DNA of 64,000 bases from Candidatus Bathyarchaeia archaeon (GTDB lineage Archaea; Thermoproteota; Bathyarchaeia; 40CM-2-53-6), in NCBI GenBank assembly GCA_049517415.1, contig JBEKSC010000014.1, forward strand, positions 1 to 64,000, written 5' to 3'. This document shows positions 37,848 to 48,196 of this stretch, piece by piece (positions within the stretch are counted from its first letter, which is position 1; every line of letters starts with the position of its first letter). The translations under genes and the position numbers were made by a program. The notes below the pieces were generated by a model. The model ran no database searches. It saw nothing but the letters and a program-made list of their open reading frames with translations, and had not been told where the DNA came from.

Positions 37848-40800
37848 GCCGTCTGGGCTCCTTCTTGGCTGTGTGATATGGGGAGTGTTAGAGTAAAGGT
37901 TGTCCCCTCTCCAATCTTGCTCTCCACAGTTATTGAGCCTCCGTGTGCCTCTGCGATTCGTTTGCAAATAGCCAATCCTAAGCCAATTCCCTTGGACTTG
38001 GTTGTGATGAGGGGCTTCCAGAGATCACGCAAGACGGTCTCTGGAATCCCTGGTCCAGTGTCAGCAAACTTGACGATTAGAAAGTCATCTGACCTGTTGC
38101 TTGAAATTGTAAGTTTGCCACCGTCCGGCATAGCGTCGACCGCATCTTCGATCAGGTTAACGAATACTCGCCTTATCTTGGCTGTATCAACTCGTATCTT
38201 GGGTTCGTCCAACGTTAGATCCGAGATCGTTATGTTCTTTGGAACTTCTACCCGTCGAACTGCGTCGCTTGCTATCACCTTGGGTGTCGCTTCTGAGAGT
38301 TCTAACTCAAGCTCTTGGGAATACTCCAATAGGTCACGGACAATTCTGTCCGAGTAGGCGACGCTGTCTTCGATCACTTCAAACATTTCTCGGGCTTTTG
38401 CGTCTGCTGATGGGGTCAACTCCTTCTTGAGAACATATGTTGCTGTGGAAATTGCTTGCAGCGGATTCCGCAAGTCGTGGCCAACCATCGCTGCTGTCTC
38501 TCCAATGGCAGCGAGCCGGTGCGACTTGACGAGTTCTGCTTCCAATTTCTTCTGGGGAGTCAAGTCGACTATGCAGACCAGAACCCTGGCGAGTGTTTGC
38601 TCGTAACCGGGAACCACAGCGAATATAACGTTGCAATGCTTCGTTTCGCCGCGCAGGGTTCGGTTATCCATTTCTACTTCGTAGTATTTCTTGCCTTGAA
38701 CCAACGCAACGAGTTCACCTACAAATGCGCGATTCGATTGTTCTGTTAAGACACCGCTTAAACCTCCGATAATCTCATCCACCGACTTCGCGCCGTAGAG
38801 GTTTAAGGTGGCCTTGTTCATGTTGAGGACTTTCACGAGTGCAACGCATTTGGCTATGTCCCTGGGGTGGTCGGCGAGGTATACGCCAAAATCTGAAACC
38901 CCTTTTTGTTGCAATTCGTCTAGGAATTGTTTCACTGCGGAGAAGTCTTCCTCCCAGAGTGATACTGGGCAGGCCTCAAACAACTCACGATACTTCTCCT
39001 CGCTTTCTCGTAGTTGCTGTATCATCAGTCTGCGTTCTGTCACGTCTTGAAAGATTCCAAACAGGCCAGTTATGTTTCCTTCGGCGTCTCGGATAGGAGC
39101 CTTGGTCGTATTAACCCAAAACTCCTGCCCACCCACAACGTATTTCTCTTCTATTTCCATAGTCTGGCCCAACTCCATTACTCTCTTGTCGTCTGCGCGA
39201 TAATGGTCGGCTAGATCTTTCGGTTGGAAATCGTAGTCAGTCATTCCAACGATCTCTTCAGGCTTGATTTTCAAATCTCTTGCGAAACTGTCGTTGCACG
39301 AGACAAATACGGAATTTCTGTCTTTTGCGAATATCCTCTGTGGAATGCTCTCAACGAGTGACTTATAGCGCGCTTCGCTCTCCTTCAGATTTCTAGTTCG
39401 CTTGTTCACCAACTCCTCCAAGTGCAACGAATGCTCCCTCAGTTCCTCCTCCAACCGTTTACGTTCGGTGACGTCGCGGAAACTCCATACTCTCCCAACG
39501 ATCGTGGTTCCTAGTCGTTGAGGTTGTGAGTAACGTTCAAACTCTCTGCCGTCCTTAAACCTCAAGACATCAAACGATTGTTCTTCAGGCTTGGAATAAA
39601 GTTCCTGCACTTTATCAAGAAATTCCCGGGGATCCTCAAGTTGGTCCACGACAAACCGGAGCAGCTTAGTATCATCTCTGGTTTCTAGAAGATTGGGCGG
39701 TATACGCCACAATTCAGCGAAGCTTTGGTTGAAACTGGACACTTTACCGTTCATGTCGACAACAAGGATTCCTTCGGCAGTTGACTCCAAAGTCGCACGG
39801 AGCAGTGATACAGATTCTAGGAGCGCTTCATCACGCTTCAGTCTGTTCATCGCTGAGGCAACGTAACTGGCCAGTGTCTGGAGGAGCTGTTCGTCTTCGT
39901 GCTTGAAGGCGTCTAGTCGCTCACTTTCTACGTTCAAAACTGCTACTGCCTCCTCGCCCATAATTACTGGCACGGCTAGCTCAGAGAGCATCGTCGGCCT
40001 CCCTTCCCAATCGAACCCCATGCGATCAACGTATGTGTCCTCCTTACTAGTGTCCGAGACTCTGACTGCCGATTTCTTATTCGCTGCCAGAACGCACAAG
40101 CCCCGTCCGCTAAGTGGTAATTGGGATACTTTGGACTCTTTTCCTCTGCTTCTCTTAATTCGGAGAGATCCGTCTTCGACAATGAGAACGTCTCCGAAAT
40201 CGAATCCGAAGGCCAATTGCAACGCATCTAGAGTGTACTCGATTATATCCTCCATACTTGTCGCAGAATTCAATTGCAGCGCGTGTCTGTTGAGCGCGAG
40301 CAGGCTCTTCTCAAACTGTTTGCGTTCGGTTATGTCGCGGAGTATTCCTTCGTGGTAAATGATGTTTCCCTGTTCGTCGTGAACGTAACCACCGTGGTCT
40401 TCCACCCAGATTTCGGATCCATCCTTTCGACGCATCCGGTATACTTGCACTTGCTCCTGGCCCGTGTCCAGAATGTAGCTTGCACGTTCTTCGGGTGAGA
40501 AATACAGTTCCTTCTTGATGTCGGTAATGTTCAACATTTCCTGCTTGCTCGAGTACCCGAATATCTTCACAAAGGCCGGATTGACGTCGACAAATCGACC
40601 CTCGTGTGTGCTGCGGTATACTCCATCCAGCATCCGGTCAAAGAGAGAACGGTATCGTTCTTCCGATTCACGAAGTTTCTCCTCCGTCATCTTGCGTTCA
40701 GTAATGTCGTGCCCGATTGCAATGGTCCCGATCGCTTTGCCATCCTGGTCAGTCAGGGCACGTTCGTTCCAGGACATGATTCTAGTCTGGCCGTCTTTTC

Positions 40801-41569
40801 GCTTGATCCTTGTCTCACTATCCACATCGGTCCTCCCACTTTGTAATACGCCCGTGACGATTTCGATGGTGTGCTTTCGATATTCCTGGTCGGGGTAGAG
40901 CCACTCCCATATCTTCCCGTGTCCCAGGACCTCTTCTCGGGAATAGCCGCTCGTGACTTCCGCAGCTTTGTTCCAGACTAGCACGTTCTGTTCGTTATCG
41001 AGCACGTCAAGCCAAACGTACGCATTCTCTATGACGCTTCCCAAGAATTGACTAGACCTTGAAAGCTCCTCCTCCATACGCTTGCGTTCAGCAATGTCAC
41101 TGAATGCGAACTCAACCGCAGGCCTTCCTTGGTAGACGATGTTCGTTGCGCGAAGCATGACGGGGATTTCCGAACCATCCCTCGCTGTCAGGCTTACCTC
41201 ATAAGAAGGGACGCCTTCCCCACGCAGCCTCTTGCTTACGTTTTCCTTGAGCAAACCTCTGAATCTCTCTGCCACCACCTTCTCAATGGGATCAAAGGAA
41301 GGCGAGACGAGTTCATCATAGGTCCAGCCAAGCCGTTCAACCGCAGTCCAGTTAAGGTACTTCAAAGTTCCATCTTGAAGGATCCCGATGAAGTCCGGCG
41401 AATTCTCCACTAACCCTCGATACTTCTCCTCACTCTCCTGGAGCGCTTTCTCCACGTGCTTTCTTCGAGTTGGAGAATCGGTTGGTTTGCCCTTTGGTCG
41501 TTCACCTACAAGGCTGGTTGCTTTTTTATCAGGGCCCTTTGTTCGATGAAATCTAGCCTTGCTCTTCAT
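37844..41569 (-). CDS. Cytoplasmic multi-PAS/GAF sensor histidine kinase
   Basis: Repeated PAS/PAC ends (DIAERK, DITERK, DVTERK), a GAF region (SELAVP), H-box [19 protein letters not shown]; no TM segment. Confidence 0.95.
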   Translation of the reverse strand: MKSKARFHRTKGPDKKATSLVGERPKGKPTDSPTRRKHVEKALQESEEKYRGLVENSPDFIGILQDGTLKYLNWTAVERLGWTYDELVSPSFDPIEKVVAERFRGLLKENVSKRLRGEGVPSYEVSLTARDGSEIPVMLRATNIVYQGRPAVEFAFSDIAERKRMEEELSRSSQFLGSVIENAYVWLDVLDNEQNVLVWNKAAEVTSGYSREEVLGHGKIWEWLYPDQEYRKHTIEIVTGVLQSGRTDVDSETRIKRKDGQTRIMSWNERALTDQDGKAIGTIAIGHDITERKMTEEKLRESEERYRSLFDRMLDGVYRSTHEGRFVDVNPAFVKIFGYSSKQEMLNITDIKKELYFSPEERASYILDTGQEQVQVYRMRRKDGSEIWVEDHGGYVHDEQGNIIYHEGILRDITERKQFEKSLLALNRHALQLNSATSMEDIIEYTLDALQLAFGFDFGDVLIVEDGSLRIKRSRGKESKVSQLPLSGRGLCVLAANKKSAVRVSDTSKEDTYVDRMGFDWEGRPTMLSELAVPVIMGEEAVAVLNVESERLDAFKHEDEQLLQTLASYVASAMNRLKRDEALLESVSLLRATLESTAEGILVVDMNGKVSSFNQSFAELWRIPPNLLETRDDTKLLRFVVDQLEDPREFLDKVQELYSKPEEQSFDVLRFKDGREFERYSQPQRLGTTIVGRVWSFRDVTERKRLEEELREHSLHLEELVNKRTRNLKESEARYKSLVESIPQRIFAKDRNSVFVSCNDSFARDLKIKPEEIVGMTDYDFQPKDLADHYRADDKRVMELGQTMEIEEKYVVGGQEFWVNTTKAPIRDAEGNITGLFGIFQDVTERRLMIQQLRESEEKYRELFEACPVSLWEEDFSAVKQFLDELQQKGVSDFGVYLADHPRDIAKCVALVKVLNMNKATLNLYGAKSVDEIIGGLSGVLTEQSNRAFVGELVALVQGKKYYEVEMDNRTLRGETKHCNVIFAVVPGYEQTLARVLVCIVDLTPQKKLEAELVKSHRLAAIGETAAMVGHDLRNPLQAISTATYVLKKELTPSADAKAREMFEVIEDSVAYSDRIVRDLLEYSQELELELSEATPKVIASDAVRRVEVPKNITISDLTLDEPKIRVDTAKIRRVFVNLIEDAVDAMPDGGKLTISSNRSDDFLIVKFADTGPGIPETVLRDLWKPLITTKSKGIGLGLAICKRIAEAHGGSITVESKIGEGTTFTLTLPISHSQEGAQTA

Positions 41570-41848
41570 CTGGAATCCTTCTAGGTGAAAGGTAACTGCA
41601 AGCTCGCAGTAAATGTTTTCGTGCGGAGCGTTCCCGACAATATAGCTGATGTAATTCGATCGGTCTCCAAGCGAACTAGTCAGAGAAGGTCGAGGCTGAG
41701 TGAACGATTGGCTTTGAAGTAGGAGTGGCCAATGTTTGGCAAACTTATGGCATAGAGCTTGATAAGCGAACGAGTTGGCTTTTCTCCAGATCAGAACGGT
41801 GACAACCAGGCTGATGTTGCGGCGTATCAGTGAAATGCCAAAGTCTTA

Positions 41849-42325
41849 CTATTGTTCTGACTTTTTGAGGAAGTTCGGGTTTGTTGAATCGTATTTGTCA
41901 GCATCGTTGGGGTTTCTAGTAATTGTGGTTAGCCATTTGTCGGCGCGGTCTCTCTTCCAGTCGCCGATCTTTTTATGTGTGTTCAAATAATTCCGTGGCA
42001 TTGGGTGAGTCCCAACGTTAACTGGAAGCCCGACCACTTTTTCAATGTAACTCTTATGGTCCTCAAGGTATGGGCATATCGGGTATCCGGCCAAGTAGCA
42101 GGTCGCTAGGTGGATCGCTTCGGCTCCGAATTTTTTCATGTCTGCTGGAGCAGATTCAAGTCGCTCGCCTGGGCATCCGCCGCACGTGATCCAGCCAACA
42201 ATCTCGATCGGTTCGTTCTTATCGTATTCTGCGAATTGTCCGTCTCGCTGGTTGATTGACATGAAGCACTTGTTGCCTGTACAGGTTCTGTTCCTATCGC
42301 ATATGATTATCCCTATCTTTACCAT
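41849..42325 (-). CDS. CGGC domain (putative metal/Fe-S binding) protein
   Basis: IIICD...CTGNKCF, TCGGCPG, IHLATC, CPY, VGTH. Confidence 0.85.
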   Translation of the reverse strand: MVKIGIIICDRNRTCTGNKCFMSINQRDGQFAEYDKNEPIEIVGWITCGGCPGERLESAPADMKKFGAEAIHLATCYLAGYPICPYLEDHKSYIEKVVGLPVNVGTHPMPRNYLNTHKKIGDWKRDRADKWLTTITRNPNDADKYDSTNPNFLKKSEQ

Positions 42326-42515
42326 GGGGCTCGACTTGAGAAGCGAACCGCTGTGAGTCTTTGGTCCTTCGAATATACAATATAGTTTATACGACGCGCC
42401 ATTGCCGCACTTGAGATACGCCATGAAAATTCTTCGTTGCCGAATTATCTTCGTAATCGTTGATTAAACCAAATCTCCATATAGCAATCGGTCAGATAGC
42501 TCCTCTCGATAGACT

Positions 42516-43220
42516 TTGAGAATCTGCGTAATCTCCCCTAACACCTCCAAAGAATTCTTGCGCGAACAGGAAGAGGGACTAAAGGAACTGAAGTACGTGA
42601 GTGTCCGAGGCATTACAAAGGGCCCAGAGTCAGTGGAATGCTTCTATGACGATTCACTTGCCGCTCCGCCTATCATTGACGTAGCTCAAGGTGCTGAGCG
42701 CGATGGATTCGATGGAATCGTCATTAGCTGTTTCTTCGATCCGGGTCTCAACTCTGTACGTGAAGTTGTCTCAATTCCCGTAGCCTCCGCGGGTGAGGCT
42801 AGTCTACACCTAGCTTGTTCGCTTGGTCACAAGATTGGTGTGGTGACAACTGTTGAAAACTCAATTCCGGTTATCGAACATCTAGTGCGGGCGCTAGGGC
42901 TCGATTCACGGGTGGTAACCGTAAGGGCAGCGTCTCTTGGCGTACTTGAACTTGACAGTGGAGAGCTGACTGTCGGCGCTTTACTCAGGGAGAGCTTAAG
43001 CGCGATCAAGGAATCAAAGGCTGATGTCATTGTTTTGGGATGCACTGGGATGACAAAAGTTGCCTTACTCCTCCAGGACAGAATTCGGGAAGCAGGCTTT
43101 GATGTTCCTGTAGTTGACCCATTGAGAGCAGCTTTGCATTGGGCCGAGACTCTTGTGGACATGAAGTTGCGACACAGTCGCTTGGGGTATCGGAAGCCTC
43201 CTCCAAAGACACGTACGTGA
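42516..43220 (+). CDS. Asp/Glu/hydantoin racemase family protein
   Basis: ISPNT, GPESVE, ISCFFDPG and LGCTGM catalytic cysteines. Confidence 0.9.
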   Translation: MRICVISPNTSKEFLREQEEGLKELKYVSVRGITKGPESVECFYDDSLAAPPIIDVAQGAERDGFDGIVISCFFDPGLNSVREVVSIPVASAGEASLHLACSLGHKIGVVTTVENSIPVIEHLVRALGLDSRVVTVRAASLGVLELDSGELTVGALLRESLSAIKESKADVIVLGCTGMTKVALLLQDRIREAGFDVPVVDPLRAALHWAETLVDMKLRHSRLGYRKPPPKTRT

Positions 43221-43457
43221 ATTCCAAGTCGAGTGGAGAACTGGAACCTCGTTACGTACCTAATATCTGAGTTCAAAACTTCGCGGGTGGTTCGAATTTT
43301 GAGCAGTGAAGGTGATCGCAACTCGCGCACCTTGCGATCAGTTGTGTACAATTCGCGCAGGATGTGAACGCAGCTCCTGGGCGCTTCTACCCAGCATCGA
43401 GAACTTGCCCAAAATCATATAACGTAACTGGCAAGTCCCTATGGCGAGGCCGTACAC

Positions 43458-44519
43458 ATGCCCAGTCTTCTGGATATGGAATTAGGTAAGGCTGCCCACG
43501 TAGTGGTTAACAAGCTTTGCAAGGTAAAACCGCGTGAAAGCGTTCTAATTACAATCGATGGAGCTGAAGAGTTTCGGGTTGCTGAGGAAATTGCAAAAGC
43601 CGCTGAGGCCGCGGACGCGAAGGTCATGGTGGCCTGGCATTCAACGCCTAGAGGTTATGGGAAGGTTGGTGATCCGTATCTGCCTGAGCCCTTATGGGCT
43701 GCAATTCCCAGCACAGATGTTTGGATTGAGTTGAACAATCAATGGCTGCTATATTCTACACCTTGGGATAACGCCATGAAGCCTGCGGTCGAGGGCAAGG
43801 GCAAAGTCAGATACCTATTCCTTGGTGGTTTGAACGTAGATCAGGTTGTTCGATGTGTCGGTAGGGTTGACATAGATACTCAGGCAGAATTTCAGACTAC
43901 CATAGTCGACATGACTCAGAAAGGAAGGAAGATGAGAATAACCACTCCAGGCGGAACAGACATTTCCTTCGAGAATAGTCCAAAGCGACCAGTAACCAAC
44001 GAGCTTTTCGCTGACGTGCCTGGGCCACACTTCCTTCTTGGACAAATTGGGTGGGCACCAATTGAGGAGAGCATTAACGGGACGATCGTTTACGATGGCT
44101 CATATTCAGGTGGCGGTGAAGCTGATCTCGGTATCTTGCGAAACCCCATCAGGGTCACAGTGAAGGAGGGCAAGGCTATAGATTTCACAGGTGGACCTGA
44201 AGCTGAGACGATCAAGAAATGGCTGCAGAAGCTCAACGATCCGAACATGTACCTTGCGGCGCATGTTTGCTATGGATTCAATCCCGGCGCTAGACTCTCA
44301 GGCCTATGCACTGAAGATGAAAGGGTCTGGGGAAGCACTGAATGGGGCTTCGGGAATCAAGGCCCGATGTTCAAGGCCAAGGGGATCACAGCGCTGTCTC
44401 ACGCGGACGGCATATGCATGAACTCCTCCGTCTGGATCGATGGCCAACAGATCCTTGACAAAGGCCGAGTCATCCATCCACAGCTTGCCAAACTTGCAAA
44501 GAAACAAGGGAAGGAGTAA
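43458..44519 (+). CDS. Peptidase M29 / NicX-like metalloenzyme
   Basis: ITTPGGTDISF, P.E.SINGTIVYDG, HVCYGFNPGA, EDER, SHADG. Confidence 0.7.
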   Translation: MPSLLDMELGKAAHVVVNKLCKVKPRESVLITIDGAEEFRVAEEIAKAAEAADAKVMVAWHSTPRGYGKVGDPYLPEPLWAAIPSTDVWIELNNQWLLYSTPWDNAMKPAVEGKGKVRYLFLGGLNVDQVVRCVGRVDIDTQAEFQTTIVDMTQKGRKMRITTPGGTDISFENSPKRPVTNELFADVPGPHFLLGQIGWAPIEESINGTIVYDGSYSGGGEADLGILRNPIRVTVKEGKAIDFTGGPEAETIKKWLQKLNDPNMYLAAHVCYGFNPGARLSGLCTEDERVWGSTEWGFGNQGPMFKAKGITALSHADGICMNSSVWIDGQQILDKGRVIHPQLAKLAKKQGKE

Positions 44520-44615
44520 ACGAAGCTCCTTCCAAACTTCCCCATCTTGCGCTAAGGACAAACGGTTGCTAGTCGCGCACGTAAGAACGCCAGCTCAGGT
44601 TCTTCAGCGCCACGT

Positions 44616-45518
44616 TCAGGCTGCTTGCGACTTACCGTATCTTCTCTTCATCTCTTCCGCAAACTGGCCAATCATGTCATCCATGAATTTCACGAATTCT
44701 TCTGTTGAAGCCATTACGAGGTATTTCTTCTCATCTATCCTCTTCTTTGCATCAATGAGGAATTGATCGGATTTCAACAAATCCGTTTTCGTATAGAGAT
44801 CAGTCAACCTGCTGACTCCGTCCACTAGTCTAAGTGGACCATACATGTGCGGTTCGGTGACGCAGCCGCGCGCCGCTGTAAGCAGGAAGAGGGCGAGCTC
44901 GAAGATGTACTGCTCAGGAGTCACCTTTTTGTTGCTAGTCTGAGACCAAGATTTGTCGTTGCCTTCCATTGCTAGCCACTGTTGGCCGTAACTATCGCGG
45001 TAGGTGATATTTCCGCCCTTCCTCTGCCTTAATGGGCGTGGTTCGTTCTTTAATGGATACCCAAGCGACACGACAAGTTCAGTCCGATATCCATCGGGCA
45101 AACCAAGTATTCTCTTCAAGGCAGTTTCAGAGTAGGATTTGATGAACGAGGCACCGAGTCCAAGCGAGGAGGCAGCTAAGACAACGTTTTCAGCGGCGGC
45201 TCCAGCATCGTACAGAGAGCATTGATCCACACCAAGTGATCCGAGACCTTCTGCTGCAATTCTCAAGTCTGTGCAGACAACAATTGCGGCGGAGCTGTCC
45301 CCAAAATACCCCGGTGCGATGAGCTTCAGCATCTTTAGCTTGGCAGGGTCCTTGACAACGATAACAAACCTGTAAGGCGTATTTCCTCCGGTAGGAGCTC
45401 TATGCGCAGCGTAAATTAGTTTCTCTAGGACTTCGTCGGGAACCGGCTTAGGTTCGAAATGCCTGCAAGCTCTTCGCTTCCTAAAGGCCTCGAACAAAAC
45501 ATCGTCTGCCGCTTTCAA
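44616..45518 (-). CDS. Nitroreductase fused to a DUF6092-like domain
   Basis: RRACRHF, APTGGN, DAGAAAENV.LAA..LGLG; C-terminal ELALFLLTAARG...EP..YGPLRLVD. Confidence 0.8.
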   Translation of the reverse strand: MKAADDVLFEAFRKRRACRHFEPKPVPDEVLEKLIYAAHRAPTGGNTPYRFVIVVKDPAKLKMLKLIAPGYFGDSSAAIVVCTDLRIAAEGLGSLGVDQCSLYDAGAAAENVVLAASSLGLGASFIKSYSETALKRILGLPDGYRTELVVSLGYPLKNEPRPLRQRKGGNITYRDSYGQQWLAMEGNDKSWSQTSNKKVTPEQYIFELALFLLTAARGCVTEPHMYGPLRLVDGVSRLTDLYTKTDLLKSDQFLIDAKKRIDEKKYLVMASTEEFVKFMDDMIGQFAEEMKRRYGKSQAA

Positions 45519-45733
45519 TTAACCTAAACCCGCATCGGTAACGTTCGCAGAACTTTGACGTCGGCAGACGCATAATAGGTTTTGGATTATGAAAAGAATA
45601 TGTCAAAGCAATTGACGTAGCATGAAACTGATGTCTGGAAGTCAATCCGCATGACGAGAAAACGGTTGGAGATGATGACTGTTCAGAGCTGAGACTTTGA
45701 TAATTTATTTACACTCTGAGTGGGCATCTTGCG
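45479..45733 (+). repeat. Dispersed ~250-bp repeat, copy 1
   Basis: Shares long blocks with 62440-62674, e.g. AACGTTCGCAGAACTTTGAC, TCGGCAGACGCATAA, GCATGAAACTGATGTCTGGAAGT, TTCAGAGCTGAGACTT. Confidence 0.9.
45672..45719 (+). ncRNA. Candidate box C/D guide sRNA
   Basis: ATGATGA, 10 nt, CTGA, 4 nt, TTGATAA, 12 nt, CTGA; no target identified. Confidence 0.3.
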
Positions 45734-45984
45734 CAATCGGCACACCGTACACGCACCTGCGGGAGGTCGGTTTAGTTCCTTCGGCCCCACTTGGCCTAGC
45801 TTTCGATTGACATCCCGTCGCCCATCACTATATAGATGATGGCCCATAGCTTTTTCAGCCCTACCACGTTAGCTCTCCACAAAGATGAGACAATTGCCGA
45901 ACTCTCAGCTCGAGCACATGTTAAACGGAGATTTGGGCTTCAAGCGCCGATGGGGCATTGAATGTAGAGAAGGCTGCATGACTC

Positions 45985-46323
45985 ATGCAGAGTGATGGGC
46001 AGCTCAGGATGATTCAACAGAAGGATTGGGATAGCTACGTCAGTAATCCAATCCTACCCGTCTTTGTCGAATTCTGGGCCCCTTGGTGCGGACCATGTCG
46101 TTCGATGGCGCCTTTGATCGAAGCTATCGCGAGCGAATACGCTGGTAAGGTCAATTTCGTCAAAGTAAACGTGGACGAATCCCCTGATATCGTGGCCAGA
46201 TTTCAAATATTTAGTGTACCAATATTCATTATATTCGTCAAGGGTGAACCCAAGAAAAGGTTCGTGGGCATGGCGACAAAGAGCTACATCGCAAGCATGT
46301 TGAAGTCGTGTCTGGAGACCTGA
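45985..46323 (+). CDS. trxA: Thioredoxin
   Basis: FWAPWCGPC, KVNVDE, SVP cis-Pro. Confidence 0.93.
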   Translation: MQSDGQLRMIQQKDWDSYVSNPILPVFVEFWAPWCGPCRSMAPLIEAIASEYAGKVNFVKVNVDESPDIVARFQIFSVPIFIIFVKGEPKKRFVGMATKSYIASMLKSCLET

Positions 46324-46338
46324 AGGCGTTAGCGCAAG

Positions 46339-46731
46339 ATGTCATTCCAATACTCTATGGTCGTACCCTACGGAGATAACTTAGAGGCCTTAGCTATTGC
46401 ATTGAAGGAATTTCCCGCTAAGAAGGTTATAGCCCTAGTTCCATCCAATGCAGACGCCAAGGTCGTAGAGAAGGTGAAAAAATTCCTTCAGAAAGAAGGA
46501 GCAGAACTCGAATTGCATACCGTTGAAGAAGCGGTGGACGGGTTCTTTCTCGCACTCGCGAAAGTAAAGGAGAACGAGGCGAACCCAATAGTCAACGTAT
46601 CCGTCGGAACCTCATTGTATTCACACGTCCTGTTGTGCGCTGCGATGGCAACAGGGGTAACGGCCTTCGGTATCTTTGACGGAGAACTTGTCTTTCTTCC
46701 GATAAGTTGCTCGATCTCGCACGGCAAGTAG
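46339..46731 (+). CDS. Stand-alone CARF/DUF6293-like Rossmann domain protein
   Basis: VVPYG, KKVIAL, IVNVSVGT, VFLP pattern; no C-terminal HTH. Confidence 0.5.
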   Translation: MSFQYSMVVPYGDNLEALAIALKEFPAKKVIALVPSNADAKVVEKVKKFLQKEGAELELHTVEEAVDGFFLALAKVKENEANPIVNVSVGTSLYSHVLLCAAMATGVTAFGIFDGELVFLPISCSISHGK

Positions 46732-47035
46732 AATGACGGCCTCACACTCAATGCCTGGGGGGTGTGGTGTGTTGACCAATTGCTAGAAATCACAATTCTG
46801 ACTCACTACTAACGGGAAAGAACTGGCTAAATTAATGACCAAGCACTGCTTGCTCATGTCTCTGAGTCTCACTATTGTACGTCAGAAGGACGCACTTGGC
46901 GTAGTCCAGTTCTAAAGACGCCAACTGCGCAGCTATGATGAAATAGTTGAGATATGATGGAACGTTGAGTACGCGGGCAATTTCGTACGTTGGCGAAATC
47001 CATAAGGATGGCTTTTGATATTTCGATACTTCGAT

Positions 47036-48109
47036 ATGGATGAGATTATGAAGATCGGAGAATTGCCGCGAGCCAAATTGTCTTCTTGGCCAACTCCATT
47101 TGAGCGATTGACTAATCTTTCCAAACACCTGGGTGGCCCAAATATCTTCATAAAAAGAGATGACCTGATCAGCTTAGCCTTCGGCGGCACAAAGACGAGA
47201 GGTCTAGAATGTGTATTTGCCGACGCACTGGCGAAAAGAGCTGATACCATCATAACGGTCTGCAGCCTTCACGGAAATCTGTCGACACAGGTGGCTGCTG
47301 CAGCAAGAAAACTGGGAATGCAAGCAATCATCATAGCGAGGGATCCCACAGGATACTATCCTCCTCATGTGCTGGATGGGAATCTTCTTTTGAAGCGAAT
47401 CTTGGGGGCCGTAATCGAACCTGTAACAGGTGAGAAGAACACTGAGAGCGGACGAGCAGCGGCCACAGAGAGGGCGCAGAAAATCGGTGAGGAATTGAAG
47501 GAGGAAGGTCGCAAACCGTACCTCGTCGTCGAAAACAACCCGCTGTGGGCAGCAGGCATAGCAAACGCAATCCCAGAGTTGGTCTCTCAATCAGAGGAGG
47601 AGGACATTGATATTGGCTATCTGGTTCATACTTCAGCCTACGGAGCAACACAGGCAGGATTAGTCCTAGGAGCGACTGCTCTGGAAACAGGGATCAAAGT
47701 GATTGGTATAGCAAACGGATATGAACCAAAACGCGTTGTTAGTTCGAGAATTGCAGAAATCGCAAATGCATCTGCGCAATTGTTGGGGTTGAACTTCTCA
47801 ACTTCTGCAGAAGCCATCACGCTTTTAGATGACTACGTCGGCGAAGGCTACGGCACCATAGACCAATTCACTCTTGACACCGTAAAACTTGTCGCTGAAA
47901 CGGAGGGCATCTTTCTGGACCCGGTGTATACAGCACGAGGAATGCTGGGTCTCGTTAATTTGATTCGCACGAGATACTTCAAACGAGAGGACAATGTTGT
48001 GTTCATTCATACTGGGGGTCTGCCAAGTCTCTTTGGGTATAGAGAACCCTTAACTGCCATGCTCGCGTCGAGAGAACCCCTCTGGACAAAACCTGCATGG
48101 ATACGGTGA
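47036..48109 (+). CDS. D-cysteine desulfhydrase / cysteate sulfo-lyase family PLP enzyme (divergent)
   Basis: PTP, IKRDD, GGTKTR, EGIFLDPVYT, FIHTGG. Confidence 0.85.
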   Translation: MDEIMKIGELPRAKLSSWPTPFERLTNLSKHLGGPNIFIKRDDLISLAFGGTKTRGLECVFADALAKRADTIITVCSLHGNLSTQVAAAARKLGMQAIIIARDPTGYYPPHVLDGNLLLKRILGAVIEPVTGEKNTESGRAAATERAQKIGEELKEEGRKPYLVVENNPLWAAGIANAIPELVSQSEEEDIDIGYLVHTSAYGATQAGLVLGATALETGIKVIGIANGYEPKRVVSSRIAEIANASAQLLGLNFSTSAEAITLLDDYVGEGYGTIDQFTLDTVKLVAETEGIFLDPVYTARGMLGLVNLIRTRYFKREDNVVFIHTGGLPSLFGYREPLTAMLASREPLWTKPAWIR

Positions 48110-48196
48110 AAAGATAGAAGAACAAGAACGCCACGAATCGTTTTTTACAATGTGTTTAATCTTACTGCTTTTGAGCCCCAAACAAGTGCGGTCGCT

